Source: an uncultured Bacilli bacterium
GTDB taxonomy: Bacteria; Bacillota_I; Bacilli_A; RF39; UBA660
Direction of reading: 5' to 3'
Length of the DNA: 64,000 bases
NCBI GenBank assembly: GCA_947623825.1
Contig: CANQHQ010000003.1
Span: forward strand, 4,220 to 68,219
Position 1 is the first letter of the stretch. Each line of letters opens with the position of its first letter. Below are positions 37,926 through 47,228 of this stretch, one piece after another. Made by a program: the position numbers and the translations under genes. Under the pieces are notes generated by a model. The model ran no database searches. It had not been told where the DNA came from and worked only from the letters and a program-made list of their open reading frames with translations.

Positions 37926-38464
37926 ACCTATTCCTCTTTTCTTGCCCTATTGTATCATTTTCTTTTTTCTAGTGTCAACGTTGTACGTCGTAAAGGATAC
38001 TTGTCATCCTACCTTGTTTTTTATTACTGACCATTTAATCAGTACAGTAAAAGGAGTTTTGATTTTAAAGATTCCGTTCTACCAAACACTAGACTTTTGG
38101 AAATGGTTCTCATATAAAAAAGATTTCCTATTCACAAGGAAACCTTCTCTTCTTTCTTGTGTCCAGAAGACCGTTTCGGTCGGCGATAAAACCTGCATTT
38201 TTACAGGTGGGTGTCCATACGAAGTTCTTAGGATTCCTTCCTATCACCGGAAGGCATTCAACACAAACTTCTTGATCCGAACTCCCGTATCGTCACTTTA
38301 GTCGGTTTTATATGTGACCTATCTCGTATCTCCTAGACAATTTTAGTATATCATACTTTTTCATTTTTCAAAGAGTTTTTCTTTCTTTTTCAAAAAATCT
38401 AGGCTTGTACTCTTTTTTTGGAAACTATTTCTTTCTTTTCTCATAAATTATCATAGGTGATTCT

Positions 38465-39271
38465 ATGGTTTATCCTTATCAAGATATTTCACTTTTTTAT
38501 GAAAAATATGGAGACAAAGAAAAATCGATTGTGATTTTACCTGGTTGGGGTGATACCAGGCCCACTTTTGATTTGCTTATTTCTTGGCTCAGTCAAGAGG
38601 CTTCCGTTTACATTGTCGACTTTCCCGGATTTGGGAACACTCCCTTTCCGAATCGCACTCTTACCATCTACGATTATGCAGATATGATTCATTCTTGGGT
38701 TTTAGATTGTCATTTGGAGGATGCGGTTTTTCTAGGCCATTCGTTTGGAGGAAGAGTTTTAATTTTATTAAATGGATACTACCACTATCCTTATCAAAAT
38801 TTTATTCTGATGGATAGTGCGGGTATTCTTCCTAGAAAGACGTTTGTTCAAAGAATAAAATCATTCGGATATCACTTTTTGAGAAAGATGAGATGTTTGT
38901 TACCGAAAAAAGTAAGAAAAAAATATGATCATTTTCTTTTTCAGAAGTTTGCATCGAGTGATTATGCAGCCCTTCCTGTTTCGATGCGACAAACTTTCCA
39001 AAATATTGTTCGTACGGATTTATCTTTCTATCTTCAAAAAATGACAGCGCGAGTTCTTCTCTTGTGGGGCGAAAAAGATGATGCGACTCCTCTTGCGGAT
39101 GGATTACGGATGCGAAAAGAAATTCCTCAATCCGAACTAATTATCTTAGAACAGTTAGGACATTTTCCTTATTTAGAGAAACCGTGGCTCGTTTATCAAA
39201 TTTTACTTGCGCATCTAAAAGAAATTGGCTTCTTTTCAGAAGAAAAAGATAAGGAATCTCCTAGTCTTTGA
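38465..39271 (+). CDS. Alpha/beta-hydrolase fold protein
   Basis: 268 aa. Nucleophile elbow LGHSFGGRV (GxSxG) and a C-terminal His region EQLGHFPY. Shine-Dalgarno AGGTGA. Confidence 0.7.
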   Translation: MVYPYQDISLFYEKYGDKEKSIVILPGWGDTRPTFDLLISWLSQEASVYIVDFPGFGNTPFPNRTLTIYDYADMIHSWVLDCHLEDAVFLGHSFGGRVLILLNGYYHYPYQNFILMDSAGILPRKTFVQRIKSFGYHFLRKMRCLLPKKVRKKYDHFLFQKFASSDYAALPVSMRQTFQNIVRTDLSFYLQKMTARVLLLWGEKDDATPLADGLRMRKEIPQSELIILEQLGHFPYLEKPWLVYQILLAHLKEIGFFSEEKDKESPSL

Positions 39272-39286
39272 TTTCCTTATCTTTTT

Positions 39287-40663
39287 TTAGAATTTGATTT
39301 TTTCTTGAATGGTTTGGATGGCTTCTTCTATCGGAAGCGTAATTTGTTCCATTGTATCACGGTCACGGATGGTGACAGTTCCCTTTGTTAGGGTATCATC
39401 GTCGATGGTAACACAGAAAGGAGTTCCTGCCACATCTTGACGGCGATATCTTTTTCCGATGTTTCCACTTTCATCATAAGTCGTCATCATCTCTTTGGCA
39501 AAAGCTTGATAAACTTCTTCTGCTTTTTCACTATGATACTTTTTAATTAAAGGAAGAACCGCTACTTTGTATGGGGCAAGAAACGGAGGAAAATGCATGA
39601 CTTCTCGAGTCGTATTATCTTCTAGCGTTTCTTCTTCGTAAGCATGATCCAAGATAGCGAGAACCAAACGATCACATCCTACCGTAGATTCGACAATGTA
39701 AGGAATGAATTTTTCGTTTGTCTCTGGATCTAAATATTCTTGAGAAGTTTTAGAATATTCTTGATGACGCGACAAATCATAATTTGTCCGATTATGAGTT
39801 CCATTGATTTCTCCCCATCCAAAACAGAATTCGTATTCAATATCACAGGCTTCTTTGGCATAATGCGCTAATTTTTCATGATCATGAAAACGTAGTTTTT
39901 CGGAAGGAAGTCCTAAATCCATAAAATATTGTTTGGCATATTCTTTAAAATATTGATATTGGTCACTATCGGTTCCTTCTTTACAGAATGTTTGGTATTC
40001 CATCTGTTCAAATTCGATGGTTCGAAAAGTAAAGTTTCCAGGAGTGATTTCATTTCGAAAAGCCTTTCCGATTTGGCCGATACTAAATGGTAATTTGGTT
40101 CTGGTCGACCGGGCAACATTCAAGAAATTTACATATTCTCCTTGGGCATTTTCTGGGCGAAGATAAATTTTACTTTTGGCGTCCTCCGTCACTCCACGAT
40201 ACGTTTCAAACATCAAATTGAATTCACGAATTCCTGTAAAATCGGACTTTCCACATTTCGGACAAGGAATCTTCTTTTTTTGAATGTAGGCAATCATTTC
40301 TTCTCTCGTCATGCCATCAGCGTGAGCCGTCGGATCGTATTCGTCAATTAATTGGTCTGCGCGATGACGCATTTTACAATTTTTACAATCGATTAACGGG
40401 TCAGAAAAACTTGCGACGTGTCCACTGGCTTCCCATACGCGAGGATGCATTAAGATAGCGGCATCTACTTCGTACGCATTCGGACGTTCTTGAATGAATC
40501 GTTTTCTCCAAGTATCCTTGATATTATTCTTTAATCTTGCTCCTAAAGGACCATAATCCCAAGTATTGGCAAGTCCTCCATAAATTTCACTTCCCTGAAA
40601 AATAAATCCATACTGTTTACAGAGATTGACTAATTTTTCCATCGTTAATTTTTTTTCTTCCAT
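39287..40663 (-). CDS. glyQS: Glycine--tRNA ligase (alpha2 homodimeric type)
   Basis: 458 aa. N-terminus EKLVNLCKQYGFIFQGSEIYGGLANTWDYGPLGARLKNNIKDTW is a GlyRS signature. Confidence 0.95.
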   Translation of the reverse strand: MEEKKLTMEKLVNLCKQYGFIFQGSEIYGGLANTWDYGPLGARLKNNIKDTWRKRFIQERPNAYEVDAAILMHPRVWEASGHVASFSDPLIDCKNCKMRHRADQLIDEYDPTAHADGMTREEMIAYIQKKKIPCPKCGKSDFTGIREFNLMFETYRGVTEDAKSKIYLRPENAQGEYVNFLNVARSTRTKLPFSIGQIGKAFRNEITPGNFTFRTIEFEQMEYQTFCKEGTDSDQYQYFKEYAKQYFMDLGLPSEKLRFHDHEKLAHYAKEACDIEYEFCFGWGEINGTHNRTNYDLSRHQEYSKTSQEYLDPETNEKFIPYIVESTVGCDRLVLAILDHAYEEETLEDNTTREVMHFPPFLAPYKVAVLPLIKKYHSEKAEEVYQAFAKEMMTTYDESGNIGKRYRRQDVAGTPFCVTIDDDTLTKGTVTIRDRDTMEQITLPIEEAIQTIQEKIKF

Positions 40664-40850
40664 TGTTTTCCTCTCTCTTTCTTTTCTTCTTTGTCAATGC
40701 GTTTTCATGAAAAGAAAAAACTTCTAGAATTTCCTAGGGACGAAAATGAATTCCGCGGTTCCACCCTATTTATTCTAGAAGAATCCCTCTTTGATATATT
40801 GCTCCGACTTTTCCAAGGTCATCATCACATTGATATCTAGAATTTTACTC
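40664..40850 (-). promoter_or_regulatory. Glycine T-box riboswitch leader (short glyQS type) with promoter
   Basis: On the minus strand the T-box sequence AATAGGGTGGAACCGCGG lies at plus 40753..40770. The flanking 10-nt complementary arms CTTCTAGAAT ... ATTCTAGAAG are followed by TTTTTT (terminator). The promoter is TTGACA, 17 nt, then TAAAAT at about 40878..40845. Confidence 0.7.
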
Positions 40851-40883
40851 ATTCTTTTGTCATCTGTCAAGCCCTTTTTTATT

Positions 40884-43535
40884 CTAAAAATGATGGAAAA
40901 AGGAAAGGATGAATATCAGTGTAAATCCGATATAGCCGATTCCTACTACTAGGAAGAAAAGAAGATGGTAAAGGAATGAGGCTACTTTTTGACCTAATTT
41001 CCAATCGCATAGTTTGTCGTACCAGTTACAACGTAACATCACAATAAGAGCGATTAGAGAAAGAAAACTAATCAGTGCTGTCTCTTTTAATTTCGGTGGT
41101 ACATACGTAAAGACAATTTCATTTTCTCCCTTCTCTACTTCTGCCCCTAAGAACGAAGAAAATACTTTTTTTATCGGTTGTTCTTTTCCATTGACCTTTA
41201 ATTGATATCCCTCGTCGTAAAACATCGGTAAAAAGAAAGTTTGTTTTTCTTCTGAATTCATCTTTACCACGATTTGATTCCGATGAAAGCGAATTTCTCT
41301 TTCTGCTTGTGTTTTGGAGATAAACTCTTCATATCGTTCATTCTCCATCGTTGCCAAAGTGAGATTATGAAGTGAGATATCTTTTAAAAATTCAATTTTG
41401 ATATTTACTTCTGTATTTTCATATGTTCCTAGATTGATTACTCCGTTGTCGTTTTCTTTTAATCCATTTTCTCGGAATAATTGGTCATTGACATAAATAT
41501 GGAATGCCTCAAACGTTTCTTCATTCACGAGATTATTTAAATCTTTTAGAATTTCTAAGTAAACGACTTGTTTCTTTCCTATCTGAAGCGTCTGTTCTAG
41601 ACTGTTAAAGGCTTCTTTATCGATGATTTCATAATTTTCTTCGTCTTTTTGAAGATTATTCTTTATCCAATCTTCATGAATTTCAAATAAGGTTTCTTTC
41701 TTTCCTAGAATGGATTGATACATTTTATTTTGAATTTCAAACGAATTGTTACTTTTCTCTATCGATGGATTGGTTTGAATGAAATATCCAAATGCTGGTT
41801 TTTGCTTGATTTTGTAAAACTCGACATTTTGGAAGTTTTCTACGTATTGATAATACTCTTTCTCTTCTTTTGGATTGGTAATGAGGTATCCCGTTCCTAG
41901 GATGGCATCACTAAATAAGGTTCCCCCTTTCCCGTAGGTTTTGACCCAAAAAGAAGAATAACCAAGGCGTCGTAACGTTTCGATATTTAATTGTGGGGTT
42001 AAAGACGTAAAATGATCCAATGTCGCATATTTCATAATCGGTCCTGTGTTCATCATATAGGTTGGCATATCATTTTTTAGGCGATAGATTTCTCCTTTCG
42101 GATAGGTTTTCGCTAAAGCCGTCATATTTTCATACTGAGAAGTTAACATTTCTTGGGCAAAATCTATACCGAAATAAAGATAAGCAGTCGCTCCTAATTG
42201 GGTTATGGTAATAAGTCCTATCGCTAAAATTCTTGTTTTTTTCCAACCGTCCGTCATTCGGTAGACGAGCCCATACCCTAAAACGGCAAATAAAGTAGTC
42301 GCAAATAAAACGAGTAAGAGCAAATGATCCGATGAAATGGTAAGGCGAAAATAGGCTTTCTGAAAAGAATCATATTTTACGAAAACAGAGAAAGCAATAA
42401 GAAGTGAGCTGACTACTGAAACAACCAAGGCTCCCACTTTCTTCTTGTTTGTTTCTTCTTTCTTTTCCTCTTTTTCTTTTGAGAAACCATAGCATGCCCC
42501 TAACATGAGTAAGAAAATCGTAATAAAACCAAAACGATATGGGAAAAAGGCATAAGAGCCAAAATGCCATAGTTTATTGATTGGTTCAATGACAAGAGGA
42601 ATGAAAGCAATCAAACAAGTCGCTACATACCATACACAAAAATTTTTTTCTTTCTTCCAATTTTTTAGTAATAAAAGTAAACCAAAGTAGAAAATACCTC
42701 CGAGAATTACTAAAGCCAATTTATCTGTTAGAGGTCCTGCTTTCGAATTTAACAGCGTTTGAAAGTTGGAAGCAAAACGAGAAGATTGAGAAATCTGATG
42801 AAAGGCAGGAACGACGACAAACAAAGATAAAAGAATACTAAAAATAGTCGAAATCCCTAAAGATAACATGGCTTTTTTGCGATGTTCTTTGTCGTGGTAA
42901 ACCAATAAATATAAGTATGAAGATAAAAAGATAAAAATGATAATCATGAAAGAAACGTAAAAAGAACATATCAAGGACATCGTTAGGAAGAATAGATACA
43001 TCTGTGGTTTTTCTAAATCCAATACTTTCTTGAGTCCTATGACAACAAGAGGAAATAAGTACACGGCATCCATCCATGATGTAATTTGATACATACACAA
43101 AACATAGCCAGAAAAAGCATAACTAAGGGCAAGGAAAATTGCTAAAGCGGAAGGCAACTTTTTGAAATAACTACGAATAAAATAAAGGGCAGTCAAACTA
43201 GAAAGCCATACTTTACAAGCAATCAAGAGGGAAGCTGCTAAATAAAGGTCGTCTCTTGGAAAAAGCAATAACAAAAAGTTCACGGGGCTCATGATGTAGT
43301 ATGCTAAAATTCCAATAAAGTTGATTCCTCCACCTGCTTGAAACGTAACGAGGAAGGATGCGTCACCATGAAAAATGTCATAAAAATGATAGTAAAAAGC
43401 GGTGACTTGGTCGTGCATATCCCCCCATATCAGAGAATTTTTACCAAAGGGATAAATTCCTTTTCCAAGGAAAATTCCTAAAAATATGGCAAAAACCATG
43501 CATGAGATTACGATATATGGTCTTTTCTTTTTCAT
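40884..43535 (-). CDS. YfhO-family polytopic membrane protein (glycosylation-associated)
   Basis: 883 aa. The N-terminal 400 aa hold about 12 transmembrane segments and the extracytoplasmic C-terminal half is large, matching YfhO topology. The N-terminus reads IYPFGKNSLIWGDMHDQVTAFYYHF. Confidence 0.7.
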   Translation of the reverse strand: MKKKRPYIVISCMVFAIFLGIFLGKGIYPFGKNSLIWGDMHDQVTAFYYHFYDIFHGDASFLVTFQAGGGINFIGILAYYIMSPVNFLLLLFPRDDLYLAASLLIACKVWLSSLTALYFIRSYFKKLPSALAIFLALSYAFSGYVLCMYQITSWMDAVYLFPLVVIGLKKVLDLEKPQMYLFFLTMSLICSFYVSFMIIIFIFLSSYLYLLVYHDKEHRKKAMLSLGISTIFSILLSLFVVVPAFHQISQSSRFASNFQTLLNSKAGPLTDKLALVILGGIFYFGLLLLLKNWKKEKNFCVWYVATCLIAFIPLVIEPINKLWHFGSYAFFPYRFGFITIFLLMLGACYGFSKEKEEKKEETNKKKVGALVVSVVSSLLIAFSVFVKYDSFQKAYFRLTISSDHLLLLVLFATTLFAVLGYGLVYRMTDGWKKTRILAIGLITITQLGATAYLYFGIDFAQEMLTSQYENMTALAKTYPKGEIYRLKNDMPTYMMNTGPIMKYATLDHFTSLTPQLNIETLRRLGYSSFWVKTYGKGGTLFSDAILGTGYLITNPKEEKEYYQYVENFQNVEFYKIKQKPAFGYFIQTNPSIEKSNNSFEIQNKMYQSILGKKETLFEIHEDWIKNNLQKDEENYEIIDKEAFNSLEQTLQIGKKQVVYLEILKDLNNLVNEETFEAFHIYVNDQLFRENGLKENDNGVINLGTYENTEVNIKIEFLKDISLHNLTLATMENERYEEFISKTQAEREIRFHRNQIVVKMNSEEKQTFFLPMFYDEGYQLKVNGKEQPIKKVFSSFLGAEVEKGENEIVFTYVPPKLKETALISFLSLIALIVMLRCNWYDKLCDWKLGQKVASFLYHLLFFLVVGIGYIGFTLIFILSFFHHF

Positions 43536-43544
43536 ACGCTACCT

Positions 43545-44282
43545 CTACCCTACTTTACTAATACTTTGAAGGAAACTTTTACTTTTTAAATATAATCCGG
43601 CATATCGATCGTAGTAATCATCAATAAATTCGTTGAGTTCTTTTTGTACTTCTTCTTTGACATCTAATTTTGTTATTTTAGCAATGTCTACATAGTAGAA
43701 CATCCTTACCAATTTTACCATTTTGTCGCTAAAAATTCGCTCATTTTGATAACAGTCTTTACAGAGGTACCCCCCTGCCCTGGCGTCGATAGTAACGATT
43801 GCTTTTTGACTTCCACAGACACTACATCCGTCTAGGACTGGGCGAATTCCTAAAAAATCTAAATATTTGAGTTCAATAATATTCGTTAAGACTTTGCAGT
43901 CGTACGAGTCATTGATTTTTTCTAAGGCTGCTATCAAAAGAGGGTATACTTCCTTGGCTTCGGTGTGTTTGTATACCTGTTCGGTCAAATCCAACAAGTA
44001 ATCGGCATAACTGATTTTTTCTATATCCTTTTGTAATGGTAAAAAACTGTTTTTGATGTCCACCGCGCACAAAGTAGAAATTCCGTTTTCTTTGTAGTAG
44101 ATATGAAAAATTCCATAACTCATCGGCATACTGACTCCCCGCAGTTTGCTTTTTAAGGACCGACATCCCTTAGACATTATGCTAATCATTCCGTATTCCT
44201 TTGTCAAGACTTTTAAAATCTTACTTGATTCGCTATAATTGGTCGCTCGAAGGACGATGCCTTCCGTTTTGGTCAGATTCAT
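43545..44282 (-). CDS. recO: DNA repair protein RecO
   Basis: 245 aa. C-terminal zinc motif CSVCGSQ...CKDC. Follows era and yqzL as in Bacillus. Confidence 0.85.
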   Translation of the reverse strand: MNLTKTEGIVLRATNYSESSKILKVLTKEYGMISIMSKGCRSLKSKLRGVSMPMSYGIFHIYYKENGISTLCAVDIKNSFLPLQKDIEKISYADYLLDLTEQVYKHTEAKEVYPLLIAALEKINDSYDCKVLTNIIELKYLDFLGIRPVLDGCSVCGSQKAIVTIDARAGGYLCKDCYQNERIFSDKMVKLVRMFYYVDIAKITKLDVKEEVQKELNEFIDDYYDRYAGLYLKSKSFLQSISKVG

Positions 44283-44283
44283 A

Positions 44284-44373
44284 TCATCCCTTCTTTTCTT
44301 TGATTCGCTTTGCTAGTACATAATAATTGATTTTTCCTGTTTTTTGAAACAAGTCCCATAATAGTTGATTCAT
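44284..44373 (-). CDS. YqzL-like micro-protein (29 aa) between era and recO. Not in the ORF track.
   Basis: Hand translation: MNQLLWDLFQKTGKINYYVLAKRIKEKKG. It matches the YqzL family pattern W-F-TG-I-Y-L-K and the family's conserved era/recO position. Shine-Dalgarno AGGTGAAG. Its TGA stop sits 1 nt before the recO ATG. Confidence 0.55.
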   Translation of the reverse strand: MNQLLWDLFQKTGKINYYVLAKRIKEKKG

Positions 44374-44431
44374 TTTTCTTCACCTATTTTAGTCTTGTCA
44401 AAAATGGCACCTTTTTATTCAAAAAATTTTT

Positions 44432-45322
44432 TTATTCTTCATTCGATGATTCGAAACCAAGCTCTTTCAAGTATTTTTCTCTATCTCTCCAACGCTCTAT
44501 GGTTTTCACAAACGTCTCAAGATACACTTGTTTTCCGAAATATTCTTCTAAATCTTTTCGGGCTTCCATTCCAATTTGTTTTAACATCGTTCCATTCTTT
44601 CCGATGATGATTTTTTTGAGACTATCTCGGTCTACAATAATGACCGCTTGAATGATGACTTTTTTCTTGGCATATTCTATTTTCTCGACGAGGCAAGTCA
44701 CGGCATGAGGTACTTCTTCTTTGGTAAGACGTAAAATTTTTTCACGAATGATTTCACTGACATAGTAATCCGTAGACAAATTGGTAAACGTCTCATCTTC
44801 AAAAATTTTTCCTTCATTTGGAAGATAGCGTTTGATGGCGGTTACTAACTCTCGCACGTTTACTTCTTTCAAGGCAGAGATAGGAAAAATCTCCTCGAAG
44901 GGATATTTGTCTTTGTACTCATTGATTTTCTCTAATAGTTGTTCTTTTTTCATCACATCGACCTTATTGAGTAAGAGAAAAATCGGTAGTTGTTCTTCTT
45001 TTAACCGTTCTAGAATCCACTCGTCTCCCTTGCCAAATCCGGTACTCGCATCGATGACAAATAGAATCAAATCGACATGATCCGTACTGGCATAGGCTTG
45101 CTTATTTAAAACGTTTTCCAACTTATGAATCGGTTTATGAATTCCTGGTGTATCGACAAAAATAATTTGACTGTCTTCGTCTTCATACACACCTTGAATG
45201 ATAGCTCTTGTCGTTCCAGCTTTGTCAGAAGTAATGGCTAATTTGGTTTCTAAAATACAATTGAGTAAGGTACTTTTTCCTACGTTGGGGCGCCCTACGA
45301 TGCTTACAAATCCACTTTTCAT
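44432..45322 (-). CDS. era: GTPase Era
   Basis: The G1 motif VSIVGRPNVGKSTLLN and the DTPG and NKVD motifs are all present. C-terminal KH domain. Confidence 0.95.
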   Translation of the reverse strand: MKSGFVSIVGRPNVGKSTLLNCILETKLAITSDKAGTTRAIIQGVYEDEDSQIIFVDTPGIHKPIHKLENVLNKQAYASTDHVDLILFVIDASTGFGKGDEWILERLKEEQLPIFLLLNKVDVMKKEQLLEKINEYKDKYPFEEIFPISALKEVNVRELVTAIKRYLPNEGKIFEDETFTNLSTDYYVSEIIREKILRLTKEEVPHAVTCLVEKIEYAKKKVIIQAVIIVDRDSLKKIIIGKNGTMLKQIGMEARKDLEEYFGKQVYLETFVKTIERWRDREKYLKELGFESSNEE

Positions 45323-45717
45323 TTTAAGTTATCCTCTCCGAATCCGTAGGGAGTGAGTTCTCCTACTGTGTGTATTTCTTTTTCTCCTTGTCGGTTATAG
45401 CTAACGATTTCTACCTCTTTGTTACAGTAATCCACTAAGGCTTGGCGACAGATAAAACAAGGAGTGATCTTCTCCTCTGTCTCGTTCAAAAGATAAATTC
45501 TTTTGATATCTTTCTTTTGATACCCATTCGCAAGGGCAGAAAAAAGGGCATTTCGTTCCGCGCAAATTCCTGCTTGGGGAGAACTTGTTTCAATGTTCAC
45601 ACCAGGCCACCTCGTCTCGTCACTACACTCCACTATGGCAGCGACCGGATAGTGATAATAGTGACTATGGGTATTTTTTAGAATATTTTTTAATTGTTCG
45701 TATACTTGATCTTTCAT
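45319..45717 (-). CDS. cdd: Cytidine deaminase
   Basis: Zinc ligands CAERNA and PCFICRQ. 132 aa. Confidence 0.9.
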   Translation of the reverse strand: MKDQVYEQLKNILKNTHSHYYHYPVAAIVECSDETRWPGVNIETSSPQAGICAERNALFSALANGYQKKDIKRIYLLNETEEKITPCFICRQALVDYCNKEVEIVSYNRQGEKEIHTVGELTPYGFGEDNLK

Positions 45718-45732
45718 AAACTTCTACTCTTT

Positions 45733-46128
45733 CTAACAGAATTTCGTAATGATTTTCGGAATAAAGATAATTCCAACTACACAAATTGTGATAATAAGGG
45801 ATAGGAAAATTGCTCCATTCGCGGTATCTTTAGCGATTTTGGCAAGTTTGTTTTCTTCGGTCGTAATCAAATCTGTCACTGCTTCCACAGCGGTATTTAT
45901 CATCTCTGTTATCATAAAAAGGCCTGTACAAATTACAATCGATGTCAATTCATACGTATCTACTGGGAAGAGAAAGCAGAGAACTAGGATTAGTACAATT
46001 CCCAGCATAATCCATAATAAGTTTTTCTCTTTCTCAATCGCATAATTGATTCCGTCGAGGGCATGTCCCACACTTTTTCCGTAACGTTTTACCATATTTC
46101 CTTGATCTTTTCTTCTTTTCTTTTCCAT
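45733..46128 (-). CDS. dgkA: Diacylglycerol/undecaprenol kinase DgkA family
   Basis: 131 aa with 3 transmembrane segments. A conserved N-terminal amphipathic region. Sits in the ybeY-dgkA-cdd-era operon context. Confidence 0.75.
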   Translation of the reverse strand: MEKKRRKDQGNMVKRYGKSVGHALDGINYAIEKEKNLLWIMLGIVLILVLCFLFPVDTYELTSIVICTGLFMITEMINTAVEAVTDLITTEENKLAKIAKDTANGAIFLSLIITICVVGIIFIPKIITKFC

Positions 46129-46130
46129 TT

Positions 46131-46583
46131 TTATTCTCCTCTTCTAATTCCATATTCATTCAAGATTTCTTCTTGAAGGGCAAACATTTTTTCTTCTTCT
46201 TCCTTTTCCATGTGATCATAACCCAAAAGGTGAAGTAACCCATGAATGGTTAAGAAAGCCAGTTCTCGTAAGAAACTATGTCCGTATTCCTCGGCCTGTT
46301 CTTGGGCTTTTTCGACGCAGATATAAATATCTCCTAACAGTCGTATTTCGGTCGGAATATCGATTTGATCTTCCAATGCAAAACTGATGACATCCGTCAC
46401 TCGATCGACATGGCGATAAGTACGATTGAGTTCATGAATGGTCCTTTTATCGACGAAAACTACATCGAAGACTACTTTTTCTAATTTCATTTTTTGACAG
46501 GCAAAATCGAGTAATTTCTTAATTTCTTTGCTTTCCTTCTGGATATCGATTTCTGTTTGGTTGGTTAATTCATAATGATTCAT
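46131..46583 (-). CDS. ybeY: Endoribonuclease YbeY (rRNA maturation)
   Basis: HGLLHLLGYDH zinc-binding motif. 150 aa. Confidence 0.9.
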   Translation of the reverse strand: MNHYELTNQTEIDIQKESKEIKKLLDFACQKMKLEKVVFDVVFVDKRTIHELNRTYRHVDRVTDVISFALEDQIDIPTEIRLLGDIYICVEKAQEQAEEYGHSFLRELAFLTIHGLLHLLGYDHMEKEEEEKMFALQEEILNEYGIRRGE

Positions 46584-46595
46584 TTTTTCACCTCT

Positions 46596-47219
46596 TTATA
46601 CGATGATATACCATAGGTAGAATATAAAAATTCCCGTTAATAGTAAGGATAGAATATTTAAAAACCACCGGTTATGGAACACTTTGGGTAAGGACTCTCC
46701 AATCTTATTTAAAACGGCATAAATTCCATATCCTATCATTCCTCCTACTATATTTAAGATGATGTCATCGATATCAAAAACTCGTCCGATGGCAAGTTGT
46801 GTCGTTTCAATGGTCACGGATGCAAACGCGATGAGAGAAAACGCATAAAATTTGCGATCGAGTTTTGTTAAATAGGAAGCAAAAAAACCGTAAGGCATAA
46901 ATAAGACTAAATTTCCTATGACATTTTTAAAGAACAAGCGACTTCCCCAAGAATATCTCATAATCTCTCGGAAAGGAATTAGATTAAAGTGTCCTTCATA
47001 TCCCAACAGATAACTGTCTTCAAAGGTGACGACTTGGAATAGACACAAGATATAAATCATAAAAAACAACATCAATATTTCTTTATAGAAGACAACTTCT
47101 TTGTGATTCTTTAAAATATCCGCAATGCGAAGGGACGATATAATCAAAACGCAAATGACTACCATAGGCCATGTAAATTCCATGACTCCTTTAATCGTAT
47201 GATCCAGTGGTGTTATCAT
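46596..47219 (-). CDS. VanZ-like family membrane protein
   Basis: 207 aa with 4-5 transmembrane segments. The motifs FREI and NVIGNLVLFMPYGFF resemble VanZ-like (PF04892). Confidence 0.55.
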   Translation of the reverse strand: MITPLDHTIKGVMEFTWPMVVICVLIISSLRIADILKNHKEVVFYKEILMLFFMIYILCLFQVVTFEDSYLLGYEGHFNLIPFREIMRYSWGSRLFFKNVIGNLVLFMPYGFFASYLTKLDRKFYAFSLIAFASVTIETTQLAIGRVFDIDDIILNIVGGMIGYGIYAVLNKIGESLPKVFHNRWFLNILSLLLTGIFIFYLWYIIV

Positions 47220-47228
47220 CTAGCTCAC

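Noticed and set aside
37900-38301. Plus-strand 133-aa ORF in the tcdA upstream region
   Set aside because: It overlaps the tcdA start and promoter, has no Shine-Dalgarno, and is low-complexity. I treat the region as non-coding.
37940-38400. Whether the structured interval is RNase P RNA, tmRNA or SRP RNA
   Set aside because: I checked both strands for the universal motifs: AGGAAAGUCC and ACAGAAUG for RNase P, a GGGG...CCACCA frame with a tag ORF for tmRNA, and GGAA-closed AGCAGCC for SRP. None is present. The class is left unassigned.
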